The translations under genes and the position numbers were made by a program. Positions 16,603 through 25,319 of a stretch of DNA of 39,387 nt are shown piece by piece. The number at the start of each line of letters is the position of its first letter. Within the stretch, counting starts at the first letter, position 1. The DNA is taken from IMG/VR virus record IMGVR_UViG_3300038595_000016. The stretch is one strand, 5' to 3'. The DNA comes from a virus. Under the pieces are notes generated by a model, which was not told where the DNA came from, did no database searches, and saw nothing but the letters and a program-made list of their open reading frames with translations.

Positions 16603-17304
16603 ATGGAATATATTCAGGTTAAAAATTGGGAAAACTTCCAGCATTACAAAGATAGAACTCCGCCATGGATTAAGCTGTATAACCACCTTCTTGATGACTT
16701 CGAGTTTTCATGCTTGCCTGATGCTAGCAAAGCGCACCTGTTATCGATATGGCTGCTAGCAAGTCGCACCGGGAATAAAATACCTAACAACCCAAAGTGG
16801 ATTGGCAACAAAATCAACGCAACTGATGATGTTGACATTGAGCTATTGATAGATTTAGGTTTTTTAAATGTAATTTCTAACAAAAACAATGAGATACAGG
16901 AACCGGAGCAATATGCTAGCAATATGCTACAGGAATCGGAGCAAAATGCTTGTCTAGAGAGAGAGGAGAGAGAGAGGAGAGAGAGAGCAAAGAAAGAGAA
17001 AGAACAACGCATCGAAGATGCTTTTAATAAATTTTGGATTTCCTACCACAAAAAGCAAGGAAAGGCTCAAGCTCTAAAAGCATTTAAGGCAGCAGTTAAG
17101 CGTGAAGGAATAAAAGAAATTGAAGAATTTTCTGAGATGCTAATCACAGATTGCAAGGAAAGGATTTCAGTTAAGCAGTTTGGTTTTGATAATCTTAACG
17201 GTGCAACTTACCTCAATAACAATCGCTGGGAAGATGAGAAAGCATCAAACCAAGAAAGCGTTGAGAGTTACGTAAAACCTGATTGGATGCGTGGTATCAA
17301 ATGA
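16603..17304 (+). CDS. Replication initiator/organiser-like protein
   Basis: ATGA-coupled to the primase-helicase gene. N-terminal WENFQHYKDRTPPWIKLYNHLLDD and C-terminal FNKFWISYHKKQGKAQALKAFKAAV resemble phage replication-protein motifs. Internal repeats are listed separately. Confidence 0.5.
   Translation: MEYIQVKNWENFQHYKDRTPPWIKLYNHLLDDFEFSCLPDASKAHLLSIWLLASRTGNKIPNNPKWIGNKINATDDVDIELLIDLGFLNVISNKNNEIQEPEQYASNMLQESEQNACLEREERERRERAKKEKEQRIEDAFNKFWISYHKKQGKAQALKAFKAAVKREGIKEIEEFSEMLITDCKERISVKQFGFDNLNGATYLNNNRWEDEKASNQESVESYVKPDWMRGIK
16895..16950. repeat. Two 23-bp direct repeats (iteron-like), 33-bp period
   Basis: TACAGGAACCGGAGCAATATGCT (16895-16917) and TACAGGAATCGGAGCAAAATGCT (16928-16950), 21/23 identical. 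AATATGCTA is also duplicated between them. Confidence 0.85.
16956..17004. repeat. 49-nt polypurine tract (one pyrimidine), (GA)n-rich
   Basis: agagagagaggagagagagaggagagagagag c aaagaaagagaaagaa; encodes EREERERRERAKKEKE. Confidence 0.9.
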
Positions 17305-19175
17305 GAATTACAGTAAAAGAAATTTCAGACCGTCTTTGGTCAAGTGTTGATAGAGTTTGCAAGCACCTACTTCCAAACGGCAAGAAAGAAGCAAATGAAT
17401 GGTGCGTTGGCTCAACTGGTGGCGAGAGCGGAAAGAGCTTAAAGGTAAACCTAGCAGGTAAAAACAAGTGGACCGACTTTGCGAGCGGAGAGGGTGGAGA
17501 CTTGCTTGATTTATGGGTGTTAGTCCGAGATATCCCGCTTCACGACGCAATAAAGGAGGCTAAAGAGTTTCTTGGTATAAAAGATGATGAGCAGTATTTC
17601 AACAAGCCAAAAAAGGAATACAAAAAGCCAGACCGCTCAAAGATACGCGCTAGCGGCTCTCTATCTAGAGAATATCTAAAGACTAGGGGTATTTCAGATG
17701 CCGTTATTGACGCATTCAAGGTTGTTGATTGTGTTGTTTGGGACCATGACAACAAAAGAGAGGTTTCTGGTATCGCCTTTCCATACATAGACTCTGAAGG
17801 TTGCTTTTTTATCAAGTCTATTGGCATTGAGCGCAATAACGGGAAAAAGATTATTAACGCATCAAAAGACGCAAAGGCCGGTCTTTTTGGCTGGCAGTGC
17901 TTCCCTAAAGATATTAGAGCTTTAATTATCTGCGAGGGTGAGATTGATGCAATGTCATTTGCCGAGTATGAGATACCAGCATTAAGCGTTCCATTTGGTG
18001 GAGGGAAGGGAGCAAAACAGCAATGGATTGATGAAGAGTTCCACAACCTAGATAGATTTGATGAGATTGTTATTTGCATGGACTCAGACGAAGCAGGGCA
18101 AGAAGGGGCTTATGAGATTGCAAAGCGACTAGGTATTGAGCGATGCAGAATAGCAACTCTGCCTAAAAAAGACGCCAACGAGTGCTTACTTTCTGGCGTG
18201 ACAGAGGATGAGATTTGGAACTCTCTTGAAACTGCCAAGTTTTTAGATCCAGAAGAGCTGGCGGAAGCTGGTGCGTTTATTCAAGACACGATTGATGCAT
18301 TTTACAGAACCGAGCAAGGTTTATTTCAAAGCCCTTGGGAGGGTCTTAACCATAACTTTAAGTTTAGGGACTCAGAGATAAGCTTGGTTAATGGTGTGAA
18401 CGGTCACGGTAAGTCTCAAGTGGTTGGTCACTTAATGCTTGAGGCAATGAGGCAGGGCGCTCGTTGTTGTGTTGCATCTATGGAGCTAAAGCCAGGCATT
18501 CTACTTAAGAGGCTTGTTAGACAGGCTACTTGTGCCCCATTACCACCAGAAGATGAGATTCGAGGCGCTTTTGACTTCTTTAATGAAAAGCTATGGCTTT
18601 TTACGCTAACTGGAACGGCGAAGTCGGACAGATTGCTTGAAATATTTAGCTACGCAAACAGAAGGTATGGAATTCAACTGTTTGTTATCGACTCGCTAAT
18701 GAAGTGCGGGATTGGTGAGACAGATTATGACGCACAAAAAGAATTCATGGATAAGTTGTGTGACTTTAAGAACAAACATAACGCTCACGTAATTCTAGTT
18801 ACCCACTCAAGGAAGGGAGATAACGAGGAAAAGCCAACGGGTAAAATGGATGTAAAGGGGACCGGTGCAGTAACAGACCTTGCCGATAATGTGTTTATCA
18901 TTTGGCGTAATAAAATCGGAGAAAGGGCTAGACAGGATTTAATTGATGGCGAAAAGGTGACAGACAAAGAAAAGGAATATGCAGAACTGCCTGGAGCCTT
19001 ATTGATTTTAGATAAGCAGCGAAATGGAGAAGGATGGGAAGGTAAGGTTGGGTTGGATTTTGATGTTAACTCAAACCAGTATTTGCCAGTCGGTCAAAAG
19101 TTTCCTTTCAATTATGTGATGGGTGAATCAGACGAGTTTATCCAGCAAAGATACAATAAGTCTGAAATCTACTAA
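17301..19175 (+). CDS. Bifunctional primase-helicase (Toprim primase domain plus DnaB/RecA-type helicase domain)
   Basis: N-terminal WTDFASGEGGDLLDLW, Toprim-like ICEGEIDAMS...CMDSDEAG, Walker A GVNGHGKSQV and Walker B LFVIDSLMK. Confidence 0.85.
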   Translation: MRITVKEISDRLWSSVDRVCKHLLPNGKKEANEWCVGSTGGESGKSLKVNLAGKNKWTDFASGEGGDLLDLWVLVRDIPLHDAIKEAKEFLGIKDDEQYFNKPKKEYKKPDRSKIRASGSLSREYLKTRGISDAVIDAFKVVDCVVWDHDNKREVSGIAFPYIDSEGCFFIKSIGIERNNGKKIINASKDAKAGLFGWQCFPKDIRALIICEGEIDAMSFAEYEIPALSVPFGGGKGAKQQWIDEEFHNLDRFDEIVICMDSDEAGQEGAYEIAKRLGIERCRIATLPKKDANECLLSGVTEDEIWNSLETAKFLDPEELAEAGAFIQDTIDAFYRTEQGLFQSPWEGLNHNFKFRDSEISLVNGVNGHGKSQVVGHLMLEAMRQGARCCVASMELKPGILLKRLVRQATCAPLPPEDEIRGAFDFFNEKLWLFTLTGTAKSDRLLEIFSYANRRYGIQLFVIDSLMKCGIGETDYDAQKEFMDKLCDFKNKHNAHVILVTHSRKGDNEEKPTGKMDVKGTGAVTDLADNVFIIWRNKIGERARQDLIDGEKVTDKEKEYAELPGALLILDKQRNGEGWEGKVGLDFDVNSNQYLPVGQKFPFNYVMGESDEFIQQRYNKSEIY

Positions 19176-19666
19176 TGAGCATGAAACAACTAACAGAGAA
19201 CTACGGAGCCAAGATAATGGCATATGAACAACTAATAACGTCGCCAGAAGGATTGCATGAGGTATCAGGGTATGTTTGCGATCACTTTGAAAATGGCGGC
19301 GGGGCGTTAAAGCTCAAGATTACGAGTAGCGGCAAGAGGTCGCTATCTCAGAACTCCTTCCAGCACGTTATATATGGCGAGATTAGCCAGTATTTAGTCA
19401 GCAAAGGAAGGAGCGAATGGACTCCAGATTTTGTAAAAAAGAACCTCAAAAATAAGTTCTTGGGATGGAAACAAGAGCCATTCGTAGACATCAAGACTGG
19501 GGAGAGGCGCGAGATCTGGACACTAAGAAAAACAAGCGAACTTGATAAAGGTGAGTCGATGAATTACACAACTCAAATTCTTGATTGGGCCGAGTCTATT
19601 GGTTGCAGTATCAAAATTCCAGAGAGTTGCGAGTACAGAGATTGCTTGAATGAACAAACAAACTAG
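19175..19666 (+). CDS. ninB: NinB/Orf-family recombination mediator
   Basis: KRSLSQNSFQHVIYGEISQYL and LRKTSELDKGESMNYTTQILDWAESIG parallel lambda Orf's RSLDQNRKLWACLGDVS and GQSTSRMRVGEFAELLELIQAFG. TAATG overlap with the helicase gene. Confidence 0.7.
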   Translation: MSMKQLTENYGAKIMAYEQLITSPEGLHEVSGYVCDHFENGGGALKLKITSSGKRSLSQNSFQHVIYGEISQYLVSKGRSEWTPDFVKKNLKNKFLGWKQEPFVDIKTGERREIWTLRKTSELDKGESMNYTTQILDWAESIGCSIKIPESCEYRDCLNEQTN

Positions 19667-19707
19667 TACATAATGCAATTGCAAATAATCTAATTTTGGA
19701 GTGTAAA

Positions 19708-20349
19708 ATGAAAGCTAAATATTCAGTTGGGGATAGAGTTAAAAATAGGCTTGGCGATTATATGGTAATCGAGTCTTATGTTGATAGGTTCAACATAAAA
19801 GTAAGATTCGAGAAAACTGGGTACACTAGGATGACATCATCTAGCCACCTAAGCTCTGGTCATGTTAGGGATCACATGTTGCCAAGCGTGTGTGGCGTTG
19901 GAATTTTGGGCGGTAGTTACTGCTCTGGAGGAAAGCCGAAGTCATACAAGGTTTGGCATTCGATGATATGTAGATGCTATGACGAGGGTAATAGTTACTA
20001 TCACCGGTACGGAGGGGTTGGGGTTTCCGTGTGTGATGATTGGCTTTTCTTTCCTAATTTCAAGTCGTGGTTTGATGATAACTATATTGATGGCATGCAA
20101 ATAGACAAAGATCTTTCTGGGTCTAAGGTTTACTCTCCAGAAACGTGTGTTTTTATATCAAGGACAGAAAACACTAAAGAGATGCTATCCAGAAGGAATC
20201 CAAAACCATTTAAAGTAAAAAAGGATGGGGTGATATACGAAGGTGATTGTAGAAAAGACTTTATAGATGCAAATGGGCTTACTCAGTCATCATTTAGCAG
20301 GCTCTTGTCTGGGAAAATAAAGTCACACAAGGGTTTTGTTTTGGCTTGA
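19708..20349 (+). CDS. Homing-endonuclease-like protein, paralog 2
   Basis: GGAG lies 7 nt before ATG 19708. SYKVWHSMICRCYDE...YGGVGVSVCDDWLFFPNFKSWF...IDKDLSGSKVYSPETCVFISRTENT, with a C-terminal ...GKIKSHKGF DNA-binding tail shared with paralog 3. Confidence 0.6.
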   Translation: MKAKYSVGDRVKNRLGDYMVIESYVDRFNIKVRFEKTGYTRMTSSSHLSSGHVRDHMLPSVCGVGILGGSYCSGGKPKSYKVWHSMICRCYDEGNSYYHRYGGVGVSVCDDWLFFPNFKSWFDDNYIDGMQIDKDLSGSKVYSPETCVFISRTENTKEMLSRRNPKPFKVKKDGVIYEGDCRKDFIDANGLTQSSFSRLLSGKIKSHKGFVLA

Positions 20350-20469
20350 AATGACTTTTTACATGAATCAAATTCATCAATGGTCAGTTAATGCGGGCTT
20401 TAGGCTATCAATGCCAGAAGATTCCGAATACCACCAAGCAATGCAACAACAAAACCAATAGGAACAACC

Positions 20470-20943
20470 ATGACGGGAAGACCAAAAGCGCTGGGTAAAT
20501 ACACGCAAGAAGAAGTAAGACAAAAAGTATTAGAGCTTGGCGCAATAAACAAGGCCGCTAAGTTTTACGGGGTAAGCGACAGAACCGTAAGCATCAAGAT
20601 AGGGAATTTTAATCATCGTGGAGTCAAGCCTGAGCACATTAAGGAAATTCGAGCTATGGCAAAGAGCCACACGAAAAAGAATATTGCACAGCTACTTGGG
20701 TACACGTGGAGACAGATTGACTGGGCAGCTAGGCAGAACGGCATAAAATTCTCAAACTCAAGAAAGCCAAGATGGAATAGTGAGTTGACATACTACGAGA
20801 TGCACAATATGGATTTAATCGTTAAGCAATACCCATCAATTGAGAAGTGTGCGGAGGAGCATGGCGTTTGCACGAGAACTATTGATAAGCACATTAAATT
20901 ATCAAGAGAAGCTAGGAAGTGTGAGGTTGGTCACGGCATTTAG
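20470..20943 (+). CDS. DNA-binding protein with three HTH-like repeats (candidate transcription regulator)
   Basis: INKAAKFYGVSDRTVSIKI, KKNIAQLLGYTWRQIDWAARQNG and SIEKCAEEHGVCTRTIDKHIKL. Confidence 0.55.
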   Translation: MTGRPKALGKYTQEEVRQKVLELGAINKAAKFYGVSDRTVSIKIGNFNHRGVKPEHIKEIRAMAKSHTKKNIAQLLGYTWRQIDWAARQNGIKFSNSRKPRWNSELTYYEMHNMDLIVKQYPSIEKCAEEHGVCTRTIDKHIKLSREARKCEVGHGI

Positions 20944-20962
20944 TGGTGTTACTGCCTATCAT
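20920..20962 (+). promoter_or_regulatory. Class II CRP-type promoter inside the 3' end of the 20470 gene
   Basis: TGTGAggttggTCACg (20920-20935), 21 nt, TATCAT (20957-20962). Followed by an SD and ATG 20991. Confidence 0.55.
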
Positions 20963-20990
20963 ATAACCATCAAATCAAGAGGGCGGAATT

Positions 20991-21137
20991 ATGGACGGCT
21001 TTATTGTGACAACGCTCAAGGAAGCAAAAGCTAACGGGAATCTTAGAGAGGAATCATTGCGCATGGCTGGATTGCTTGATATGGAATTCAACCAGTTTAT
21101 TGAAGAGTTGGATATAGCATGGATGTTCGAAGATTAA
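20991..21137 (+). CDS. Hypothetical 48-aa protein
   Basis: AGAGGG SD. Hand-translated MDGFIVTTLKEAKANGNLREESLRMAGLLDMEFNQFIEELDIAWMFED. Confidence 0.5.
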   Translation: MDGFIVTTLKEAKANGNLREESLRMAGLLDMEFNQFIEELDIAWMFED

Positions 21138-21277
21138 CGGTTAAGGATTGGTTATATTGCCGCAGGATTGGCTGTCAGTTGAGCTATGCAGCATATCTGG
21201 CGTTTTATGTGGATAAAGAGGAAAACATAAAACGCGTTGTAAGCGCCTATATGCGTCATTTTATGAGTAAGCGGTAG
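21119..21277 (+). CDS. Hypothetical 52-aa protein
   Basis: Overlaps the previous ORF. MDVRRLTVKDWLYCRRIGCQLSYAAYLAFYVDKEENIKRVVSAYMRHFMSKR. Weak SD. Confidence 0.4.
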   Translation: MDVRRLTVKDWLYCRRIGCQLSYAAYLAFYVDKEENIKRVVSAYMRHFMSKR

Positions 21278-21340
21278 GTTTGCTTGTCTTTTGGTTCAAT
21301 CGCGCCCCAGATAACGCAGGGGCGCAAATATCGAGGGTTT

Positions 21341-21493
21341 ATGACTCTATTTCAATACGAACGGAAGTTTTACGACGAATTGATTGACAACTGGCGCGGT
21401 GGAAGTTGGAAAGAATACGTCAAAGAGTGCTATCGGGAATACATGGATAGCATTGAAGAGGCGAAAATCGCAGAGTGGGAGAGCAGGCAGTGA
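21341..21493 (+). CDS. Hypothetical 50-aa protein
   Basis: GAGGG lies 3-4 nt before ATG 21341. The upstream part of track ORF 21284 is a GCGCCCC/GGGGCGC hairpin. Confidence 0.55.
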   Translation: MTLFQYERKFYDELIDNWRGGSWKEYVKECYREYMDSIEEAKIAEWESRQ

Positions 21494-21837
21494 TAGATGT
21501 ATTTTTAATAATGGGTTCAATACATTTGGACAACCAGCACGATTACAATGAAACGAACCCGGGCATAGCAATCCGACATGAGCACGCCGTGGCGGGCATC
21601 TATGAAAACTCGTTTAATGACACGTCGATATTTGTTGGGGGCGATAAACATTTGAACTATGGTGATTTCGAGTACGGCGCAATGGCTGGCTTAGTGTCGG
21701 GCTACGAGGAAAGCTGGACGGTTGATGGCATGACGGCATTTGTTGCGCCTTATGTCAGCTATGATTTTAACGGTGTTAAGCCTACCGTGTTGTTGTTAGG
21801 AAATGCAATTACTTTCAGTGTGGGGATTGAATTATGA
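21490..21837 (+). CDS. Hypothetical beta-rich protein (possible small outer-membrane-barrel/PagL-like fold; weak)
   Basis: GTG 21490 lies in a GTGA overlap, 6 nt after GGGAGAG. Alternating-pattern segments GIAIRHEHAVAGIYE, FVAPYVSYDF and TVLLLGNAITFSVGIEL. Confidence 0.5.
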   Translation: MIDVFLIMGSIHLDNQHDYNETNPGIAIRHEHAVAGIYENSFNDTSIFVGGDKHLNYGDFEYGAMAGLVSGYEESWTVDGMTAFVAPYVSYDFNGVKPTVLLLGNAITFSVGIEL

Positions 21838-22052
21838 CCAAAGTAAAAATTGAAGATTTAAAAGTATTTCCAGCTGTAGCAGCTGTGATTGGCGAGGTCA
21901 GGGCTAAGGCGGAGTTGTTTAAGTTGCAGGGTGTTGAGTGCGATTTTGATGATTGGGTAGATCTAGATGAGGCATTTTATTGGTACAAAACCCCTCAAGG
22001 TTATGATTTTTGGTCTGATATTGATGACGGAGTAAACCCATATGCTGAGTAA
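21834..22052 (+). CDS. Hypothetical acidic protein (72 aa)
   Basis: ATGA overlap with the upstream gene. Confidence 0.65.
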   Translation: MTKVKIEDLKVFPAVAAVIGEVRAKAELFKLQGVECDFDDWVDLDEAFYWYKTPQGYDFWSDIDDGVNPYAE

Positions 22053-22284
22053 AGCCTTGCTACCTACCAAACTATGCGCCATTGAATTTAAATCAACACT
22101 TGATAGTTGGGGAATTCCAGCTCGAATGGTTGCAAATGCGAGTGGTACGCCATCTAAGCACGTGGTCTTCGATGGTAGCGCACTATCACCAGGTCAGATT
22201 AAAAACCTAGACGCGACTTTTGCACCATTGTATGTAAAAATCGACATTAACGACATTCGTTTCCTTAAGGAGATAAACCAATGA
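22042..22284 (+). CDS. Hypothetical protein (80 aa)
   Basis: ORF track; 11-nt overlap with the upstream gene. Confidence 0.6.
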   Translation: MLSKALLPTKLCAIEFKSTLDSWGIPARMVANASGTPSKHVVFDGSALSPGQIKNLDATFAPLYVKIDINDIRFLKEINQ

Positions 22285-22493
22285 GCAACACAGATAAAAT
22301 CGCAACACAAACACCAGAAGAAAAAGAAGCACTGGACGCAATCGCAAAGCCCTTATCACGCAAGCAGGTAGTTGCAATCAACCAACTTCGTGAGGCAATC
22401 CAAGCGTGCGAGCGCATCGGTATGCCTGTTTATCACGGCAAAAAGATGATTACAGGTGCTATGGCTGATAAAGGTGGGGTAGTGTTGTCGTGA
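22281..22493 (+). CDS. Hypothetical protein (70 aa)
   Basis: ATGA overlap; AAGGAG SD. Confidence 0.65.
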   Translation: MSNTDKIATQTPEEKEALDAIAKPLSRKQVVAINQLREAIQACERIGMPVYHGKKMITGAMADKGGVVLS

Positions 22494-22771
22494 AGGCAAT
22501 CGATCTACTAGAGCAAGGTAAAAGCATCATGCAACAGCGCGGTGCTGAATACGAGACTGACGGAAATCAAGAGCGTAGTTTTGACTCAGTTGCTGCGGCG
22601 TTTAATGCGATTACCGGTAAAAACCTGACGGCGGCTGAAGTTGCCTTATTGCTTCAAGTGCTGAAAGATGTACGCCAGTTCTCACAAGACCGATTGCACG
22701 AAGATAGCGTGATTGATTGTGTTAACTATGCCGCACTGAAAGGTGAAGAGTTGTATAAGCAGTATTCCTAG
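22490..22771 (+). CDS. Conserved phage protein (93 aa)
   Basis: GTGA overlap. MQQRGAEYE...ERSFDSVAAAFNAITGKNLTAAEVALLLQVLKDVRQ...HEDSVIDCVNYAAL resembles a recurrent phage family (DUF6378-like, from memory). Confidence 0.65.
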   Translation: MKAIDLLEQGKSIMQQRGAEYETDGNQERSFDSVAAAFNAITGKNLTAAEVALLLQVLKDVRQFSQDRLHEDSVIDCVNYAALKGEELYKQYS

Positions 22772-22790
22772 CTGGCATTGCTATTTATGG

Positions 22791-22814
22791 CCCCGCACTA
22801 GCGGGGTTTTTTAT
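22791..22814 (+). terminator. Rho-independent terminator ending the rightward early/middle arm
   Basis: CCCCGC-acta-GCGGGG followed by TTTTTTATTT. Confidence 0.8.
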
Positions 22815-22825
22815 TTCTTGTTAAG

Positions 22826-22834
22826 TGGTATAAT
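22826..22834 (+). promoter_or_regulatory. Extended -10 promoter (TGgTATAAT) heading the packaging/virion module
   Basis: TG at 22826-22827 and TATAAT at 22829-22834. No good -35. A leader of about 90 nt precedes ATG 22928. Confidence 0.5.
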
Positions 22835-22927
22835 AACCTTGCAGCTAGGTTTGGCCGCCGAAAACATGGGAGTCGTGACCCGTGCGCTGCAATCCTCAAA
22901 AATCACGTTAACTTACACGGAGTTAAT

Positions 22928-23554
22928 ATGGATAAATCAAACCTAAATCTTCACATCATAAATAGAAAGCAAGCTAAAGAGTTTGGCCTTCTAAGATACT
23001 TTACTGGTAAGCCATGTAAGCTTGGTCATATTGACGATAGGCTTACTTCCACTGGCGTTTGTAGAGAATGCTCAAAAGTAAACGGAAGAAAGAGCGACGC
23101 CAAAAGGCGTCAAAGCGAAGATAGAAAGTCTTATATGGAAAACTACCTCTCATCCTACAAGCAACCAGGGAAAAATGAGAAAAGCAGGGAGTGGTACAGA
23201 AAGAACGTTGAAAGCGAAAGGTTGCGGTCCATAGCTAAAAGAAAATCAAACCAACACTACTACCAAATGAAGTGTGCTGAGAGGCGATTAAAGATAAAGC
23301 AGCAGACTCCAGACTGGCCCACCAGAAAAAATATTCCATTAGTTTACCTAGCATCAAAAAGACTAAATCTTGAAGTTGATCACGTGGTTCCAATAAATTC
23401 AAAGTTTGTATGTGGCCTTCACGTTTGGGAAAACTTACAGCTACTATCCAGAAGCGAGAACGCTAGAAAGCTAAATGTTTTATGGCCTGATATGTGCGAT
23501 ACTAGCGATAAAGAATTAATAAGCATGGCTGAGGACTTCTACAATGAGCAATAA
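22928..23554 (+). CDS. HNH endonuclease (terminase-associated type)
   Basis: N-terminal YFTGKPCKLGHIDDRLTSTGVCRECS zinc motif. C-terminal LEVDHVVPINSKFVCGLHVWENLQLLSRSENARK is an H-N-H core. Overlaps terS. Confidence 0.85.
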   Translation: MDKSNLNLHIINRKQAKEFGLLRYFTGKPCKLGHIDDRLTSTGVCRECSKVNGRKSDAKRRQSEDRKSYMENYLSSYKQPGKNEKSREWYRKNVESERLRSIAKRKSNQHYYQMKCAERRLKIKQQTPDWPTRKNIPLVYLASKRLNLEVDHVVPINSKFVCGLHVWENLQLLSRSENARKLNVLWPDMCDTSDKELISMAEDFYNEQ

Positions 23555-23954
23555 ACAAAGAGGCAGAGGGGCGCCCACTAAGTACAAAGAGGAGTACTGT
23601 GACCTAATTGTAAGCATGGCAAAAGAGGGCGCTAGTTTTACCGAGTTCAGGGCTGCAATTGGTGGGGTGACAAGGCAAACGCTTCACAATTGGAAAGAGG
23701 CACACGACGAATTTTTAGACGCATATACGCGTGCAGAGGTCGAAGGTGAGGCGTATTGGGAAAGGCAGATGCGAAAGGACCTTATGTATAACAAGGAGGT
23801 AAATTCACCCCTAGTTAAACTTTACTTTGCTAATCGCTTCGGTTGGTCTGATAAAACAGAGACCAAGAACGACCACACATCTAGCGACGGCTCAATGTCG
23901 CCAGAGCGAAAAACACTAGATGACTTCTATGCAGATGACTCCAACTCTAAATAA
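23544..23954 (+). CDS. terS: Terminase small subunit
   Basis: GRGAPTKYKEEYCDLIVSMAKEGASFTEFRAAIGGVTRQTLHNWKEAHDEFLDAY...ANRFGWSDK is a typical HTH-type TerS pattern. Lies upstream of terL. Confidence 0.85.
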   Translation: MSNKQRGRGAPTKYKEEYCDLIVSMAKEGASFTEFRAAIGGVTRQTLHNWKEAHDEFLDAYTRAEVEGEAYWERQMRKDLMYNKEVNSPLVKLYFANRFGWSDKTETKNDHTSSDGSMSPERKTLDDFYADDSNSK

Positions 23955-25317
23955 GAACCTTAAGTCTTTCTGGAAAACAAAAGTTACACCGGATAACGAT
24001 CCGGTTATTGGTCGTGTGCTTTATGGAGGGCGCATGTCGTCTAAGTCGCATGATGCTGCTGGCGTGGCAATAGCAAGGGCAAACTACAGAGAGGAAAGGT
24101 TTTTATGCACTCGGATGTATCAGAACCGGATAGCTGACTCTGTTTACACCTTGCTAAAGGATAAGATTTCCTATTTCGGTCTTCAAAGCCAATTCAAGAT
24201 ATATGCTGACGCAATAGAGCACAAGTATAACGACTCTTTATTTAGGTTTTACGGTATAGCAAGAAATATCGACGAAATAAAATCATTTGAGGGTGCTACA
24301 GTATGGTGGAACGAGGAAAGTCACAATTTAACCGAAAACATGTTTACTATTATCAGGCCAACAATAATGCGCAACGAAGGCGCAGAAATGTGGTTTACAT
24401 TAAACCCTGGCGTGATGAGTGATTACAGCTACCAGAGGCTGATAGCCAACCCACCAAAGGGCTTTCTTGTTCGCAAGATTAACTATGATGAGAATGGCTT
24501 TCTTGGTAAGCAGGCGTTAATGGATATAGCCAATGAGTTTGATGAGGATTATGAACTTGCCGAGCACATTTATCTCGGAGTTCCATATTCTGACGACGAC
24601 CAAGCAATCATTAAACGCTCTTGGCTAGAGGCTGCCGTTGATGCTCATATCAAATTGGGTATTGATTTATCAGGTGGTAGAACGGTTGGTTATGACGTTG
24701 CTGACAGTGGCGACGATAAAAACGCGGTTGCTGTGTTTAATGGGTCAATATGCGATCACATTGAAGAGTGGAAAGCTGGCGAGGATGAGCTGGAAAAGTC
24801 AGCTATGCGCGCATGGTCATTCGTTCACGATGGCTGGCTTGTTTATGACTCAATCGGTGTGGGTGCTCACGTTGGTTCCACTTTGAACTCGAAGGGCTTT
24901 TTAAGTGGATACAGTAAGTTTAACGCTGGCGCAACCGTTGAGCGTCCCGATGATAAATACGCGCCTGACATTCGCAATAAGGATAAGTTTGAGAACTTAA
25001 AGGCCCAAGCTTGGCAAGATGTTGCGGATAGGCTGAGAAATACATACAACGCAGTTAACAAAGGGATGAAATTTGAGCCTAGCGAATTGATCAGCATATC
25101 AAGTGATATTGATTGTCTTGAAAAACTAAAAACAGAGCTTTGCACGCCAAGAAAAGACACATCGAAGCGTGGTCTTGATATGGTTGAGAGTAAAAAGGAT
25201 TTGGCGAAGCGTGACGTTGCGTCACCGAACAAAGCAGACGCTTTTATTATGGGCGCTTGTCCTCACCTAGTTAAGAGAGAACCACCAAAAACCGAAACCA
25301 ATGTGTGGTTGATTTAA
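23920..25317 (+). CDS. terL: Terminase large subunit
   Basis: Walker A-like VLYGGRMSSKSH. ATPase N-domain and nuclease C-domain lengths are typical, and it follows TerS. The start is ambiguous (ATG 23920, 23929 or 23935). Confidence 0.85.
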   Translation: MTSMQMTPTLNKNLKSFWKTKVTPDNDPVIGRVLYGGRMSSKSHDAAGVAIARANYREERFLCTRMYQNRIADSVYTLLKDKISYFGLQSQFKIYADAIEHKYNDSLFRFYGIARNIDEIKSFEGATVWWNEESHNLTENMFTIIRPTIMRNEGAEMWFTLNPGVMSDYSYQRLIANPPKGFLVRKINYDENGFLGKQALMDIANEFDEDYELAEHIYLGVPYSDDDQAIIKRSWLEAAVDAHIKLGIDLSGGRTVGYDVADSGDDKNAVAVFNGSICDHIEEWKAGEDELEKSAMRAWSFVHDGWLVYDSIGVGAHVGSTLNSKGFLSGYSKFNAGATVERPDDKYAPDIRNKDKFENLKAQAWQDVADRLRNTYNAVNKGMKFEPSELISISSDIDCLEKLKTELCTPRKDTSKRGLDMVESKKDLAKRDVASPNKADAFIMGACPHLVKREPPKTETNVWLI

Positions 25318-25319
25318 AG

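Noticed and set aside
17133-17148. TGAGA-N6-TCACA (one mismatch) inside the replication initiator-like gene
   Set aside because: About one single-mismatch copy is expected by chance in 39 kb (30 variants x 4^-10 x 39,260). There is no promoter context.
17540-18079. 179-aa minus-strand ORF, together with similar long antisense ORFs at 7033-7392, 9454-9825, 16644-17012, 24867-25232 and 28878-29165
   Set aside because: Each lies entirely antisense to a gene with clear motifs or coupling signals. None has an SD, and all have shadow-ORF composition.
20351-20461. 36-codon ORF (MTFYMNQIHQWSVNAGFRLSMPEDSEYHQAMQQQNQ) between paralog 2 and the multi-HTH gene
   Set aside because: There is no SD-like sequence upstream and no coupling to its neighbours. 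It is kept only as a remote possibility.
22743-22946. 67-aa + strand ORF spanning the 22791 terminator and the 22826 promoter
   Set aside because: It reads through a strong terminator hairpin and the promoter/leader, and it overlaps two better-supported genes. It is almost certainly non-coding.
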